A stretch of 64,000 nucleotides of DNA from Tubiluchus corallicola (GCA_030141605.1 JAQGDQ010000046.1:372001-436000), one strand, 5' to 3'; shown: positions 51,249 through 64,000, numbered from the stretch's first letter. Notes: generated from the sequence alone by a model not told the origin. A program made the numbers and translations.

Positions 51249-52732
51249 CTGCTTTTTTGTTCAAATGGATCTCCTCCTACAGTTTCGAGCTAGGGCCACT
51301 ATTTATGTGGCTAGGCAGGGTCGAGATATTGTCCATGGCTGAATATGTGCCGTTTGCGTACTTACCGTTTGCCACCGGTAGGTGGCGAAAATTAAAATCG
51401 ATGGGTCGCGGACACCAATGTTAGTAGTGTCGAGTAACAGTAGGGTACATCGCGTCACGCGAAAGGTCTCGATGAGACAAATTGAGTGGTGTAAGTTTCA
51501 TAGATTTTTCTGGACGATGGACGTCAAGATCAGAGGTTAAAGATAAGAAGGCGTTCGTCGGGCATGCCATGGGAATGTTTAAGGGAGTTTTATTACTTTT
51601 TAGAAAGAAAAAGAGATGGTTTAGTGGAAATCTATCGTTTCGTTTCGTTTATAAGAAGAAATGCACAACGCTTACATCTATGAGTTGCTGATTAAACCGT
51701 TTTGCTATCAATAAATTAGGCAGATTAGTTTATGACTTTGCAAGTTAGATAAAAACAACTAACTTTAAAAATGATAAATTAACCTGACCTGCTTTAATGT
51801 TCGCAATGGCCTACCCGAACGCAACTGAGAAGAAATTTATAACTTCAGATCATTGACGCCCGAGTTAGCATTACAGCCTGCGTAATGTTTTCAGAAATTT
51901 TCAGGCGAAATATTTTCTTTTCTGGCCAATTTTTATAAACCTCAATGAGATCTTCACGGTCCAAATTAATTCAAATGCGGCCAAACTTTATATTAATTAT
52001 ATGAACGTTATATTAGTTTATTGTTTATGGTTATAATCATAGTTTAAAGATGGCGTTTGGGACTCTTGTAACTCGGGTTATCGATATAAGGGTTGTCTAT
52101 GGAATAGGACAGTCACATTTATTCCATTTCCGTAGCCTAACAAACGGAAAAATGCAAAAACTGGATAAATCTTGCAGACGGGCACAAGATGAGTTAAATA
52201 TAGAAAGAATACATCGCAGGCACCATATGTTCGTATGTTCAAACGGGAAGAGGAATTTAATATTTTTGTTGCTCATTTATCTTAAAGCACAGCTAACTGA
52301 CTTAGTTTCTTTATTATACTTATGCTCTGCATTCTGTAGTACTTTCAAACTTCGTCTCTACATTCTGTTTAAATTGAAAAGTCATTTTTTGGTTGCTTAA
52401 GGTTTTAATTTCATGTAAAAATAACGTTTGCTTTGCAAATTTGTGTGCATGAAAAAGCACATTAGACATTAGTTGTCATGTTGTTTACTGAAGACAGTTG
52501 TTATCCAGCGTGAACTGCTGTCCCGAATGCCGCTGGGCATGCTTACGTCGCAGTGGACGCGGAGCTATAGACCAATATGCTTGACGTCAATTGCACTATA
52601 GCTAATGTCAGGCTTCATCTAGTTTTTACAAAATTGAAATTATATTAATTTGTGTTTTCCTTGAAATTGGTTTGAATGTGCTAAAGTTAAAATGCTATTG
52701 ACAGCGTAAAATTATTATTTTGCAACTTTCTG

Positions 52733-53125
52733 AAACTCGCTGATAACTGGGGAAGGAAATACCTATATGGTCAAGTTGAGTGCTTGCTTGCAAAAAAAGA
52801 GCAATACAAGAATTAGTTAATAATTACATTGGTGACTGGTCACCTATAATTAGAAGTTCTGATTTTACTAAAACGAAATGCAATTCTTAGGTAATATAGC
52901 ATGGCGAATTCAATGGAGCCACTATTATGCCACTCGCAGTCTTGATTTACGTGCCGCTAGTGAAAAAGTGCAAGTTCCGATTTCACTGAAGCTTTTAATG
53001 TGGAGCACAACAGTATTTACATACATAATGATAAATATTTTGAAAAACATTTTTTATTTGAAAAACAAACCTTGTTTATTAAAGCATCGCTCAAGGCATC
53101 TCCTGTCACAGAAGTAGAATCTTAC
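52733..53125 (+). repeat. Interspersed repeat, copy 2 (paired with 32234-32600)
   Basis: Same colinear blocks as copy 1, same orientation. Confidence 0.8.
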
Positions 53126-54059
53126 TACAGTTCCTGACAGAGTCAAAAATGTTTACTACTTACAAATAATTATCAAGTTTAACAAAATAAACGTTTCCTG
53201 AAACGAAATTGCAAAGCAAAGTTAATATGATTTTAAGCAGGTAAATATATTTGAAGTTGCAGATCTAATCGATATGAAGCAAAGCGCAAGCTGACTTTGC
53301 AAGTCTGCGATGCCTATATGTAACGTCATGGAGGTGGTTAACAGTTTTTGAAATTCCTTGTGTTCAACATTGGTTCCATTATTTCAAAGACTTCAATTGC
53401 GCCCTAGTATCATAATTTACGTAGAAAAAAAATTGAAAGCGCAGTAAATAACTATGTATGTCTGTCAAAATTCAAGACTTTTGTGCTTTAGAACTCAGAA
53501 CATCAAATAAATATGTCGAATAGCAGGAAAAAACAACAAATTTGTATGGCTCTTAAAACACTTGGTAGGAAAGACTGTAGGCCTATATATAGAATCCCAG
53601 TAAGTTGTGTCATTGTTTAAGTGCATATTTTCATAGAGACACATGTCCGTCAGCATATTGCCAAATTACTAATTTAGCAAACAGTAGCTGAAACAGTAAG
53701 CGAAATTAGTAGCGAACCAAACTTTTTTCCGCCGCCGTGGTAGTAATGACAACTTTTGTCACAATGCTTATGGTAATGTAGGTTCTTGTTCTATACTTTA
53801 ATAAGAACTGCAGCAGCATTTCCAAGAATGCAAATTATGAGTACGTTTGTGATGTAACTAGATTGCTAGGCGTATTGGTTGCCTCGCGCAACCAAACACC
53901 TTTGTTATAATATTATATAATAATGATGCCTATGACGTCTTAGATACAGAAGGGAGCTACTTTCAGATGTGGCAGTGCTTTCAGGCTAGGCAATTGTGAA
54001 TGACATTTCACCACCATGTCATTTCCATCATGCCTTAGCCCATATCAGTGTAAAAGGCA

Positions 54060-56753
54060 ATGCAGATAGAAATATTGGTGCTGCTTGGCGTTGTTTTCTG
54101 TTCTAACAGAGTAACTTGTCAACGATATGCCATTTTGAAACATCCAGAAGGTACATTTATTTCCGTAGGCAAACCGTTTAATCTAAAATGCCAAATTAAA
54201 TGTGCGAAAAGATTCGACTGTTTACTTAAATGGTTTAAGGACAACGAAGAAATTAGCCCAGACAACAACACAAGATATCAATGGCGAGTTCCAGGTCACA
54301 ATGGCACATCCGAAGAAAAAGATTTTAGCATCCGCATAGAGTCAGCTGAAAAGTCCGATACTGGGCTATGGTATTGCCGCGTCGTACCGTCTATACGTCC
54401 CACTTATGGCCAAAGTTCAAATACAGCTAAAGTAGAATATGCAATTCCCCCAGTTGAGATGTATTTTAAGTACAAGAAAGATGGCAAGGATGTTAAACTA
54501 GAAGAAGGGGCTCTCATTGATGTGGAAGAAGGAGAACATCTGACCATAGAATGCATAATAAATGGGACAACACCCGATCCAGGGCAATTCATACAGTGGT
54601 ACCACCTAAACGGTACATCGGAAAGGAAGGTTAATACAGGAGTACAATCAACTAGTGTCAAAACAGGGGATACTTATACTACTAAAAGCTCTGCAACTAT
54701 AGAGATGAAACAGTCGGATCAGCAATCGAAACTGAAAGTTATTTTGAAACATTTGGAAGGTTATTCAGTAACTGTTCCGCTAAATGTCATGTACAAGCCA
54801 ACATTTGCTCCATTGCCTCGAATTTTAACAGCTTATGAAGGTGAGTCGCTTACGCTTGACTGTGCAGTTGATTCAAACCCTCCAGCAAATAATGAATGGG
54901 TTCGAAACAGTAATAAAGTGGTGGGAAATGGAAAAACCTTAACTATTCCACAAATAAAACCTACCGACACAGGTCTTTACAACTGCAGGGCGGAAAATGA
55001 TGTTGGCATTACCTCTTCGTCTGATGTTGTTGTGATAGCGAGTCGCTTCCGGTTTGTGGAAGAAACACAAAGCGGCGTGTGGATAAGTAACGATACGTTG
55101 ATATTAAATTGTGTTTTCGATATACAGCCGCCAACTACCTATTATGTCACGTGGTACAAAGGCAACGAAGCTATAACTCCTGGTGATGTTGCTCATTCTA
55201 GGTATACGCTGCTCGATAAAAATTGCAATGAAAGTGGCAATTGCAGCTTAAAAATAGTCAACGCAGGACCGGTGGACAGCGAAGACTGGTACTGCGAAGT
55301 GAGAACGAATAGTACAAAATTTACCTCAAACTTGATCAATGTAACTGTTGCAGAATTTTATTTTCTCAAACATCCAGAAGACAGTCGTCATCGTTTGTCA
55401 AGTTCTTTTAGACTCGACTGTGTTTTTTTTCCATTTAGAACTCAACTAAACGAGGTCATATGGTACAGAAATAAAACGTTAATAGAACCTGGAAGTGAAA
55501 TGTATCCTAGGTACACATGGGCTGATAAAAGCTGCAAACAAAACGGGATGTGTAGTTTGCGTGTTAGTGAAGCTAAAATGGAAGATAATGCGGCTTGGTA
55601 TTGCCAAGTAAAGACGTCATCTGTCCGACATTCTTCAAATGTGGCTAACATATACGTTACTCCCCCTTATGGAACGTGGAGAATTGTGGGAACAGAAGGA
55701 GCAGTTACAGGGGATCTATATTGTATGAATAACAACACAGTTTTATCCAATAACTCTTACTTACACTTAACGCAGGGAGATTATCTGGAACTAATTTGTG
55801 TAGCAAATGGAACCGAGACCGCTGCCATGATGACAAACACGTGGTACCGCCAAAATTACCATTACTACGATCAGCCAGAAAACATAACTTCAATGACATC
55901 ATTCTGGTTTTTACCATATAACGACCCTTATGCTGGCAAGAGTGCATTAATAATAAAATCAGTACAGAAATCAGAACATTTGGCAAGGTTTCGATATGAA
56001 CTTGATATTGGGAATGCTAAGTATGGGCTAATTGTCATGCTTAACGTTACTTATGCTCCTTCAATCAAAGCAATGCCGGGGAGAATTTTTGCAAACGTTA
56101 CTGACCACATTTCTGTTTCCTGCGAGGCTGAGGGTAATCCAAGTCCCATTGTTCAGTGGATGCGTGACGATGAAGTTTTTGAAACACGTGACAATGCTTT
56201 GACGTTTGAACATGTGACGGTGGAAGATAAAGGTAGCTATCACTGTACAGCTGAGAATCCTTTAGGAAAGGCAGTGTCTTCAAAAGTCAACATATATGTA
56301 GATGATCCATCTGTATATACTACTATTAAAGTAACTGCAGATACTACACCTAGTGAAACCAAAAAAGCAGTGGAAGTGCGAAAAGCAAAAATACACGACA
56401 CTACAGACACTACAACTAGTGAAGCTGAAGAAACAACAGAGAGTGGTGAAAGCAAAACGAAGGAGAATGATACAAGTACTGCTGTCAAGGTAGCGGCGGA
56501 TAGGCCTACACCTAATGATATTGATAAAGCAGTAGGGGATCGCAAAAAGAGCAAGAAAGAGTATGAAACAAATACATTAATGTTCATCTTAATCCCATTG
56601 TTAATCGCTATAGTGGTTAGTGGCGCTCTCGGTTACATGTACGGGAAGACAAAAAGTAGTAAACCACAGGCTGCAGTAAGCGAACACGTAGGTCTTGTAG
56701 ACGGATCATCTAGCGCCCATCTATTTAACCCTGATGTAAATCATGGCGATTAA
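54060..56753 (+). CDS. Type I membrane immunoglobulin-superfamily protein with about 7 Ig domains (nephrin/Kirre/hemicentin-like), intronless CDS
   Basis: 897-aa ORF: signal peptide; repeated C...W...DxGxY/WxC Ig motifs (DTGLWYC, DTGLYNC, DSEDWYC, DNAAWYC, DKGSYHC); Thr/Glu/Lys-rich stalk; TM LMFILIPLLIAIVVSGALGYMY; short cytoplasmic tail. Confidence 0.93.
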   Translation: MQIEILVLLGVVFCSNRVTCQRYAILKHPEGTFISVGKPFNLKCQIKCAKRFDCLLKWFKDNEEISPDNNTRYQWRVPGHNGTSEEKDFSIRIESAEKSDTGLWYCRVVPSIRPTYGQSSNTAKVEYAIPPVEMYFKYKKDGKDVKLEEGALIDVEEGEHLTIECIINGTTPDPGQFIQWYHLNGTSERKVNTGVQSTSVKTGDTYTTKSSATIEMKQSDQQSKLKVILKHLEGYSVTVPLNVMYKPTFAPLPRILTAYEGESLTLDCAVDSNPPANNEWVRNSNKVVGNGKTLTIPQIKPTDTGLYNCRAENDVGITSSSDVVVIASRFRFVEETQSGVWISNDTLILNCVFDIQPPTTYYVTWYKGNEAITPGDVAHSRYTLLDKNCNESGNCSLKIVNAGPVDSEDWYCEVRTNSTKFTSNLINVTVAEFYFLKHPEDSRHRLSSSFRLDCVFFPFRTQLNEVIWYRNKTLIEPGSEMYPRYTWADKSCKQNGMCSLRVSEAKMEDNAAWYCQVKTSSVRHSSNVANIYVTPPYGTWRIVGTEGAVTGDLYCMNNNTVLSNNSYLHLTQGDYLELICVANGTETAAMMTNTWYRQNYHYYDQPENITSMTSFWFLPYNDPYAGKSALIIKSVQKSEHLARFRYELDIGNAKYGLIVMLNVTYAPSIKAMPGRIFANVTDHISVSCEAEGNPSPIVQWMRDDEVFETRDNALTFEHVTVEDKGSYHCTAENPLGKAVSSKVNIYVDDPSVYTTIKVTADTTPSETKKAVEVRKAKIHDTTDTTTSEAEETTESGESKTKENDTSTAVKVAADRPTPNDIDKAVGDRKKSKKEYETNTLMFILIPLLIAIVVSGALGYMYGKTKSSKPQAAVSEHVGLVDGSSSAHLFNPDVNHGD

Positions 56754-58714
56754 TAGAATGGAGTTACACCTTTAGAAATTCGTTGTCGAATAAATGGCAA
56801 AATTTGCAGTGTTTTTTGTTTTGCTCATCGATGTATCAACAATGCGAACTTCTATTGATCAATATGTTTCGAGATGTTCACATCAGTCCTTCAGATACCA
56901 AAACTGTAAAAGAATTCAAATTAAAAGACTTACATATGCAATAATATGAAATTGGCGGAGCCGACTGAATGTATAGGTGAATTAGGCAATGTCTAAGGCG
57001 CAAAATTTGGCAGGGGGCGTGAAATTTTGAGGAGGAAAATTTATTGGTCAAGCAAAAACATGTGATATAATTCATAAGTGAAAGAATTTTGAATCTGCTC
57101 ATTGTATATGATTTTAACAAAATTAATATGTTTGCGATATAAACAGCAACTTGCAACTGTTACAGTTGAAAGTGTGTTGGCTAACAATATAGACATTAAG
57201 CAGACAGCGCAAAAGTTTACAATGAGGAAGCACGGAAGGTTTGAATTTTTAATGATGTGTGATCAGTATGATTGTGATGATCTACGCGAGCTTATTTCCC
57301 AAAAATAAAATCACGACATTGTGCTTTGGTATATTTTTATTATAATATTGTACCAGAGCGCCTTCTGAACATATGTTAGATCAGGCTTAGATTCACTGAT
57401 TTCCTGATCGAGTTATTTTCAAGCCCAAAAATGGCTTTCCCACCAAGTTCGACCTCGAAGACTGGTGAAAGATAGGTCATGCGCCAATAAAACAGACAAT
57501 ATGTGAGTTATACAGTGGAACTTACTCCAATGCGAGACTTTTTAAGAATCAAAGGCAACAATGAAGTACAGTGTATGTGTTAAAGTGTTACAAATTAAGG
57601 TTTTTCAAGAGTATTAAAAGTAAAAAAACGCATTGTTAGCTAGAGCTCAACCCCAGACCCCGTAGTTGAACTTTTTTCGTTTGCATAGGGCGCTAACTCC
57701 TTTAGCCGACCCTGCAAATTGGTAGCTTAAAATTTTTATCAATTAATAAATTCTGGTATTTGCTCCAAAATGTTTACAAAATTGCTTCCAATTAATAAGC
57801 CAAACCTTTTGACCACTTCCTTTGACTTCATCAATTTGAAGTAAAATTCAGTAACCTGAATACAACACAGTTGGACATGATCTGATATAAATTAGTTGAG
57901 CAATATTCAAGTTCTAATTATAGCGATTGCAATTGTGAGAGATAAAAATAAGCAAAGTCTTAAAATAAACGACCAGCAATAAAAATACTGAGCAGCCGAT
58001 TTTAAAATATTTTAGTTATTTTATTTACTGCAAATGTATTCGCTCTAATTTGAGAAATGTTTGAATGTTGCTTAAATTTCTTATATCAGGTTACAATTTA
58101 TTTTAATGTACAAGCAATGGAATCTCGGAATCTGACGCAGAGATAGTGTGTAACACAAGGAATGGAATAGTAACCCGGCCACATCATAACGGTTTTAAAA
58201 TGACTACCACAGAAACGTTTTTTAAACAAATAAAAAATCCGTTTTACTGATCACTATGACGTTTCGAGTTATACACATATCTTCTTCAAATATCAAAACT
58301 GCAAAATAATTTACTGCAAACAAATATTTGCAATGTAATATACAATATCAAATTAATATTAAAATTGATAATTTAGAAAACATGTGCTTTGTCCATCAAT
58401 GCAGTTATTACATTGTAACAGGTATTACAATTTACATTCTTTCACGTTTACATTTATATTTAAGTCAACTTCAGTACAGTGCTATTTTCAGTAGCCATAT
58501 TAATAATTTTCTTCCTATTTTATGTAAATTTCCCCTCCCATGCATTCGTTTGAACTGTTAATTTAAAACTATCAGTTTGATATCGATATCGATACCGAAA
58601 TTACTGTAACTGCATTGTATAAATTAGTGCACAATGCAAAGCATTGGGTTACTCGCTTATTTTAGTTTTTTACGGCCCTTGGAAGTACTTTAACATGGCT
58701 GCTCGCTACACTCG

Positions 58715-58845
58715 TAGGCTGTTTCTCTCTCTCTCTCTCCTCCTAACCTCCCTTCCTCTCTGCCCTCTCTCTTATGCCTTTCTCCCACTCTTATCTTTCT
58801 CTCTTGTCTCTCTCTTTTTCATACTCCTCCCTCTCTGTCTCAGGG
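58715..58845. repeat. CT-rich low-complexity tract
   Basis: Degenerate (CT)n / pyrimidine run. Confidence 0.8.
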
Positions 58846-60111
58846 GACAGAGGAGTTAGATATCATCCTCCTGGAGAAAAATTGCAATTCATATGTGGTG
58901 TGTTACCTTTGTTGTGCACTAAGTTTGGTACAGGTAAATTTTGGTATGGGGAAATTTGCTACAAGCAGATTTCAAGCATTCGAATTCAAGTAGACTTCAA
59001 ACAACTCGAGCGGTAGAACTGCTCACCCCCAAATAGCACCCACCACAGATTTTCTTTAATTTGAAATGTTCTTTGTTTGACCAATTCACCTGGATTAAAT
59101 CATTCATCTTTGCATTGAAGTCACCAACGATCAACAGGTTTTGATAATTTGCTTTAGCTATGGTTGCTATATGAACTTGTTTTTGAATCTCAGCATTTCA
59201 TCGTTTTAATAACTGTTCATTCAGTTCTGCATTCTCATCAGGAATAAACAATTCAGCTCTAAGATTCATTCTTCTTATATTATTTAGAGCTCAAAGTGTT
59301 TCACCTCTTCATTTCTTCTTTTAGGAAAGAAGATCCTTCCGCCAGCTTTGTTCCTGTTTGGGAGATGAACAACATGATATTAATAACCTAGATGTGTCTC
59401 AGCAATTGCAACTGTAATTGGTCTAACATTTTCAATTGCGCTACTTATTGATTCAATTAATAATGGTAATTATTATTATTGTAAAATAAAATATTTGTTG
59501 TTGCTACGTTAATTGGAATGCAATGCTTGTCGTGCGTAATTTTTTAAGGATAATTTCAGTCTATGTTATCCTTCGAAACTTATCAGCTTTTTTCAATCCT
59601 GTTCAGTCCGTCGCAAATCGCGATCACTTATCGATTGCGCAGAAAACCAGAAATGCTTGCCTGGACGAAGTGATATTAATGCTGTTACGTTATTTTGTTT
59701 ATTACCAATTAAGTTCTGTAGTATAAGGTGTTTTTAGGTTTTAATAAGTGAGGTTCTTAAAAATGTATGTTGACCCTCCAATACTTACTTAAATGTCTGG
59801 TTCTTTTTTTACTTACTCTGTATGTAATTTTTCTACTAAAGTTAAATAAGATAACTCTCGGTAATTTAGTTCTTTGATGTTATACTGTTTGTGCTTTTTG
59901 CCAATTCCCAAGTCTCCAATACATCAGGTACTACAGCAAACCTATACATTATATTTTAATAATAATAATAATTATAGCAAACATTAAATTTTTATTATCG
60001 TCATCTCAAAAAGCGTTTTCACATTAAGTTTATTGAACTTTGTTATCTTCGAATTTTTTAATTTTCATGTAGATTTTTGCAGCACTTTCTGTGTGTTAGT
60101 GTTTATGTGCT

Positions 60112-62463
60112 ATGTCATTTCGTTCCAACAAGAAATTTAAATCGGAGTGTACAACTAGATCATCTGTTATAGTAAAAAGAATGAGTTCTGAACGTGAGCA
60201 AAACAACAGTAATTCCCCGCATTTGCCTGCTAATCAAGAAATTGACCGACCTGAAAATGTTCAGAGTACTGAACAAGGTGGTAATGGTGAGGCATCAGTT
60301 CGAGATGACTCTACAACAGATACCAGTCAACCAGTTTTCAGGACTGTAGTTACCTCTCTTGGGGAATCACATATCTTGCAAGACATTTCTTCACAACACC
60401 ATGCTGAGACGAATGGAAAAATGTCTAGTGATAGTACTGTCTTCACTGCAAAATTGAAACATTATCTAGCATTGCCTGTAGGAGACGAAGACAATGGATC
60501 TCAACCAGCAATTCTGGAAGTTCCTCAGGCGAGAGGTACCTAGTATTTTTTACAAACATTCTATGTGTACGCTTGAGCAATGGCTTACTTTTTTTATTAG
60601 ATGTTGCATTATAAACGACTCACCAGAAAATACTCAAATGAGAAGTTTACTGAACTGCTCTTAAATAACTTTAGTTTAATAGTCACTATTTAGTTCTGTA
60701 AAATTTGTGAGCTTGTAATGTAAAAAAGTACAACAAATTTTAACAGCAATCAGCATTTTGTCATTTTTAAATTACTTAAAAATAACAAAGTCCTAAAAAT
60801 TCACTTTGAATAGTGAAAGATGTTTTTGCACAAAAGAAAAAAAGTTATGTCAAGTGACTTCACAACTTATCAGGTTTTGAAAACTTTTCAATGGAACCTA
60901 AAAGGAACAGTAAACTTTTGGTTGCATAGATGTAATTCTGTGATAGTGAGTCTAAAAGTCATTTTTTTTATTTGTTAGACTATATTTACATCCCAACTTA
61001 CCATGTGGTGACACTATATGTAGTGCAGTGTAATAGTTAATTTTATGTGATAATTTTCTTTTTAACTGTTATCAACCACATATTTAACATTTGAACATAT
61101 TGTAAAAATGATTTTATGACTTTAATCTTTGTCAATAGTTATAGACACAGAAGCAGCAGAAAGTGGTGAAACTCTGATAGCTGGAAGTCAGGTTACAAGC
61201 AGCACCAGTCATGCTACACACGAAACCTGGTTTTCAAATCCATCGTCTTCAACTAGAAATGATGTGGATGTGGCTATGCTAAATAATGGTGAAGTTTTGA
61301 GTTCAGGTACTGTGGCAGTGGAATCTTCTCAGCCAGACAGCACACAATCTTTGCCTACCTCAAGTTCTACAGGGGCAACCGAAGACAGTCCAGAGTCTGT
61401 TGTCAGGTATTGTCAGGTTTGCAATGATTTTGCTTCTGGGTTCCATTACGGAGCATGGTCTTGCGAGGGATGTAAAGCATTTTTCAAGCGCAGCATAGGA
61501 AGCAACACTACGTATGTTTGTCCTGCGAAGGGTCAGTGCACGATAGATAAATTTCGGCGGAGAAGTTGCCAGGCATGTCGTTTACAAAAATGCTTTGATG
61601 TTGGCATGAATCGTTCAATCAAAGCTAGTTCAAAAAGAAAGGGTGATGGCAGTAAGGATGCAAAGTCAAAACATAAGTCTGCAGAAGGTACTGGCGATGA
61701 TATTGCCGCTATTGGTAGAACAGCTTCGGAGAGTATAACTTCTAATGAGATTGTCAAAGCGTTGCTACAATCTGATATTCATTCACTACCTTCTGGTCAT
61801 GATCACTCTGCACCAGCTACGGAGAATCATATTATGGCCACTATAACTAAGCTTGCCGACAGGGAACTGGTTTACAATATAAATTGGGCTAAGCACATCC
61901 CTGGTTACACTGACATACCGCTGAATGACCAAGTGAGTCTGTTAGAAGCATCTTGGATGGAGCTGATGGTTTATGACATATGCTTTCGTTCTAAACCTTA
62001 CAAGGGAGAAAAACTTGTTTTTGCTCCAGATTTTATCCTGGACAGGCATCTGCTGAAGACTGGAGGCTTGCAGTCAATTGGGGATATTATGCTGGCACTA
62101 AGTGCCAAATTTGATTTGATGGCATTGAGCTTGGAGGAAATAGTGTGCATGAAAGCACTGGCTTTGATCACAGCACAGTTGAAAAAACTCAGCAGTTCTG
62201 AGAAGATTAAAAGCATAGAGAAACAACTTATGGGTGCTTTAAGTGACATTATTGCTACAACCGAGAGTACCGATCGTTTCAGAATGTCTCGACTGTTTCT
62301 TATTATGCCACATGTTCGTTACATTTCTGGTCAAGGTGTGGCTCTGTTTTTTCAGATGAAGAGTGAGGCGGAAATGACAGTGTTGCTGCAGGAAATGGTT
62401 ACAGCACAGTTTATAGCACAGCACTCTGTACAACAAAACCTGATACAGAGCAAAGCCAAGTGA
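60112..62463 (+). CDS. ESR: Estrogen receptor-like nuclear receptor (NR3A type), two coding exons, about 582 aa
   Basis: Exon 60112-60535 (phase 1, G|GTACCT) joins exon 61139-62463. C4 zinc fingers [29 protein letters not shown] carry the ER P-box EGCKA rather than ERR EACKA; also [36 protein letters not shown]...[12 protein letters not shown], with AF-2 LLQEMV. Confidence 0.9.
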
Positions 62464-62764
62464 GACCTGACTGTGAAATGGTCTTTATTCATCACCATTT
62501 ATTTTACTTGTTTTCTTTTCACTTATGAAAGCATGGAAAACAAATTTACATATTACGCATATTATAGCAAATTTTTTAAGCTGTATCAATTTCTTATTAA
62601 GCAGCACATTATTTTTGCTTAAGAAGATCTAAAATTGTTTTGCCACATGTATAATAAGTTTTCAAAATGTTGATGACCGGTGAAGTACAAAAGCAAGTAT
62701 TTTATTATTTTGTCGTTTTTCACTATAATTACTGTTAATAGTACATATACATTGTAACTACTAG

Positions 62765-63830
62765 TCAAACCATTGTGCTGTACCTTTCAGTTTGCTTTAA
62801 AAATCGTAGTTTCTGTACAATTAACTGCGAAATTGTTAGACTAGTTTTACCACACAACAGAATTTTACTTTGTGGTGAATCAACGAGGCTGTGTTGTCCT
62901 GCTATGAATTGAAAATTGAAAATGTCTTCATGAATGAATGGTGCTAACAACAGTTACAACTAATTATCTGTGGGTGTAGAGTATAATGATGCAGCAAGGA
63001 CTTGAGCAACATTACAAGGGATGTCTGTAATTAAAAATAACATTTCAATTCGAGGTTTGTTATGTCTATTTAGACGAAAGGTGGACAGAGAAGCCATTGC
63101 CCAAAATGTCTCACAGAAATAGTCCAGCGTGTGTTAAAAACGACTATTGTTTGTCGTTTGCCATCACAGCTCCTGCTAATTAATGTGGCAAAATAGTGCT
63201 AACTTTCGATATTTGTTTGGTGTTGCTGGTTCTTACCGCTTTTAATATCTGTTGATTTTTATCAGTTTTCCAGTTATGTATATTTATGTGTGGTTTCAAA
63301 GATCTTCATTGCTTTTTGTGTCTGGTGTAATTCAAGTTCATTTGCTCCTGAAAATGCCATAAATGGCAAGATTTGGATGTTGCACTCTTACCATTTTTTG
63401 TACAGATTGCTGCAAATGAAGCTGGTGGTCAAAGGTTTTGCTTGGAACATAAGAATGTAAACTTATACAGCTTCTGAAAATTTAATTCTTATTATTACTT
63501 TGCTTGTGATAGAAAGTATCTGTTGTTGTTCTTGAAACGAGTGAGGTTATAGTTATCAGGAAAAGAATTTTACAGTAGAGAATTACAGATAAGAAGCCTA
63601 GGGGGATCACGGTTTTATTAGCAGGCCTCCTACATCTAAGCATATCTGATTATCAGAGGTGGTAACAAAACTAATACAAATAACCTGGCAGAGATTTGGA
63701 ATGATGAAAGAGGGATCCTGCAGGCTGTAAGAGCTTGTGGCTGCCTCCATTTAACGTTCACAATACAAGAGTCCCAGCCACTTTCTAAGATATTTTTCCA
63801 TGATAGAACATAGGTCAAGTCCAAGTCAAT
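62765..63830 (-). mobile_element. Possible decayed non-LTR retrotransposon ORF2 remnant
   Basis: Stop-riddled minus-strand fragments EKYLRKWLGL (about 63760-63800) and ILLCGKTSL...FLKQTERY (62765-62950) resemble the RT-distal and C-terminal motifs of LINE ORF2. Confidence 0.25.
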
Positions 63831-64000
63831 AAAGTCATCATGAAATTGTAACTTGTTTCAGCACAAAATCATTCCACGAGAACCCTATAATTTAAACCTT
63901 AAGCATTTATATGAGTCATGTGCTGCATTTCAAGATTTACATGTGCCAGTTGACTAAGAACCTTATTACAATAGTTATACAGCAATTTTTGTAAGGAAAT

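Overview
AT-rich, intron-containing animal genomic DNA. It is not prokaryotic: no operons, CRISPR arrays, rRNA or intact tRNA are visible. An ER-type nuclear receptor and an R-type lipoxygenase suggest a marine invertebrate, probably a lophotrochozoan (inference). In order, the window holds: the 3' end of a CAMTA gene (+); a complete 15-coding-exon PLAT/lipoxygenase gene (-, 680 aa, one GC-AG intron); a GT7 beta-1,4-GalNAc/Gal transferase (+); three related 3-exon genes for secreted Arg-rich peptides/proteins (29.3-43.4 kb); an intronless HS3ST-like sulfotransferase; an intronless 7-Ig-domain membrane receptor; and an estrogen-receptor-like gene with DBD and LBD in one exon. Microsatellites, SINE/MITE-like repeats and local duplications lie between them. 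The most notable finding is the secreted cationic-peptide cluster, which the ORF track largely misses; its genes share a signal-peptide exon cassette, and one has an antimicrobial-peptide-like precursor. Also notable are a frameshifting 28-nt microexon candidate in CAMTA, key-residue changes in the enzymes and the receptor, and a run of intron-poor genes. All exon models were assembled by hand from splice signals and reading phase and need RNA-seq confirmation.
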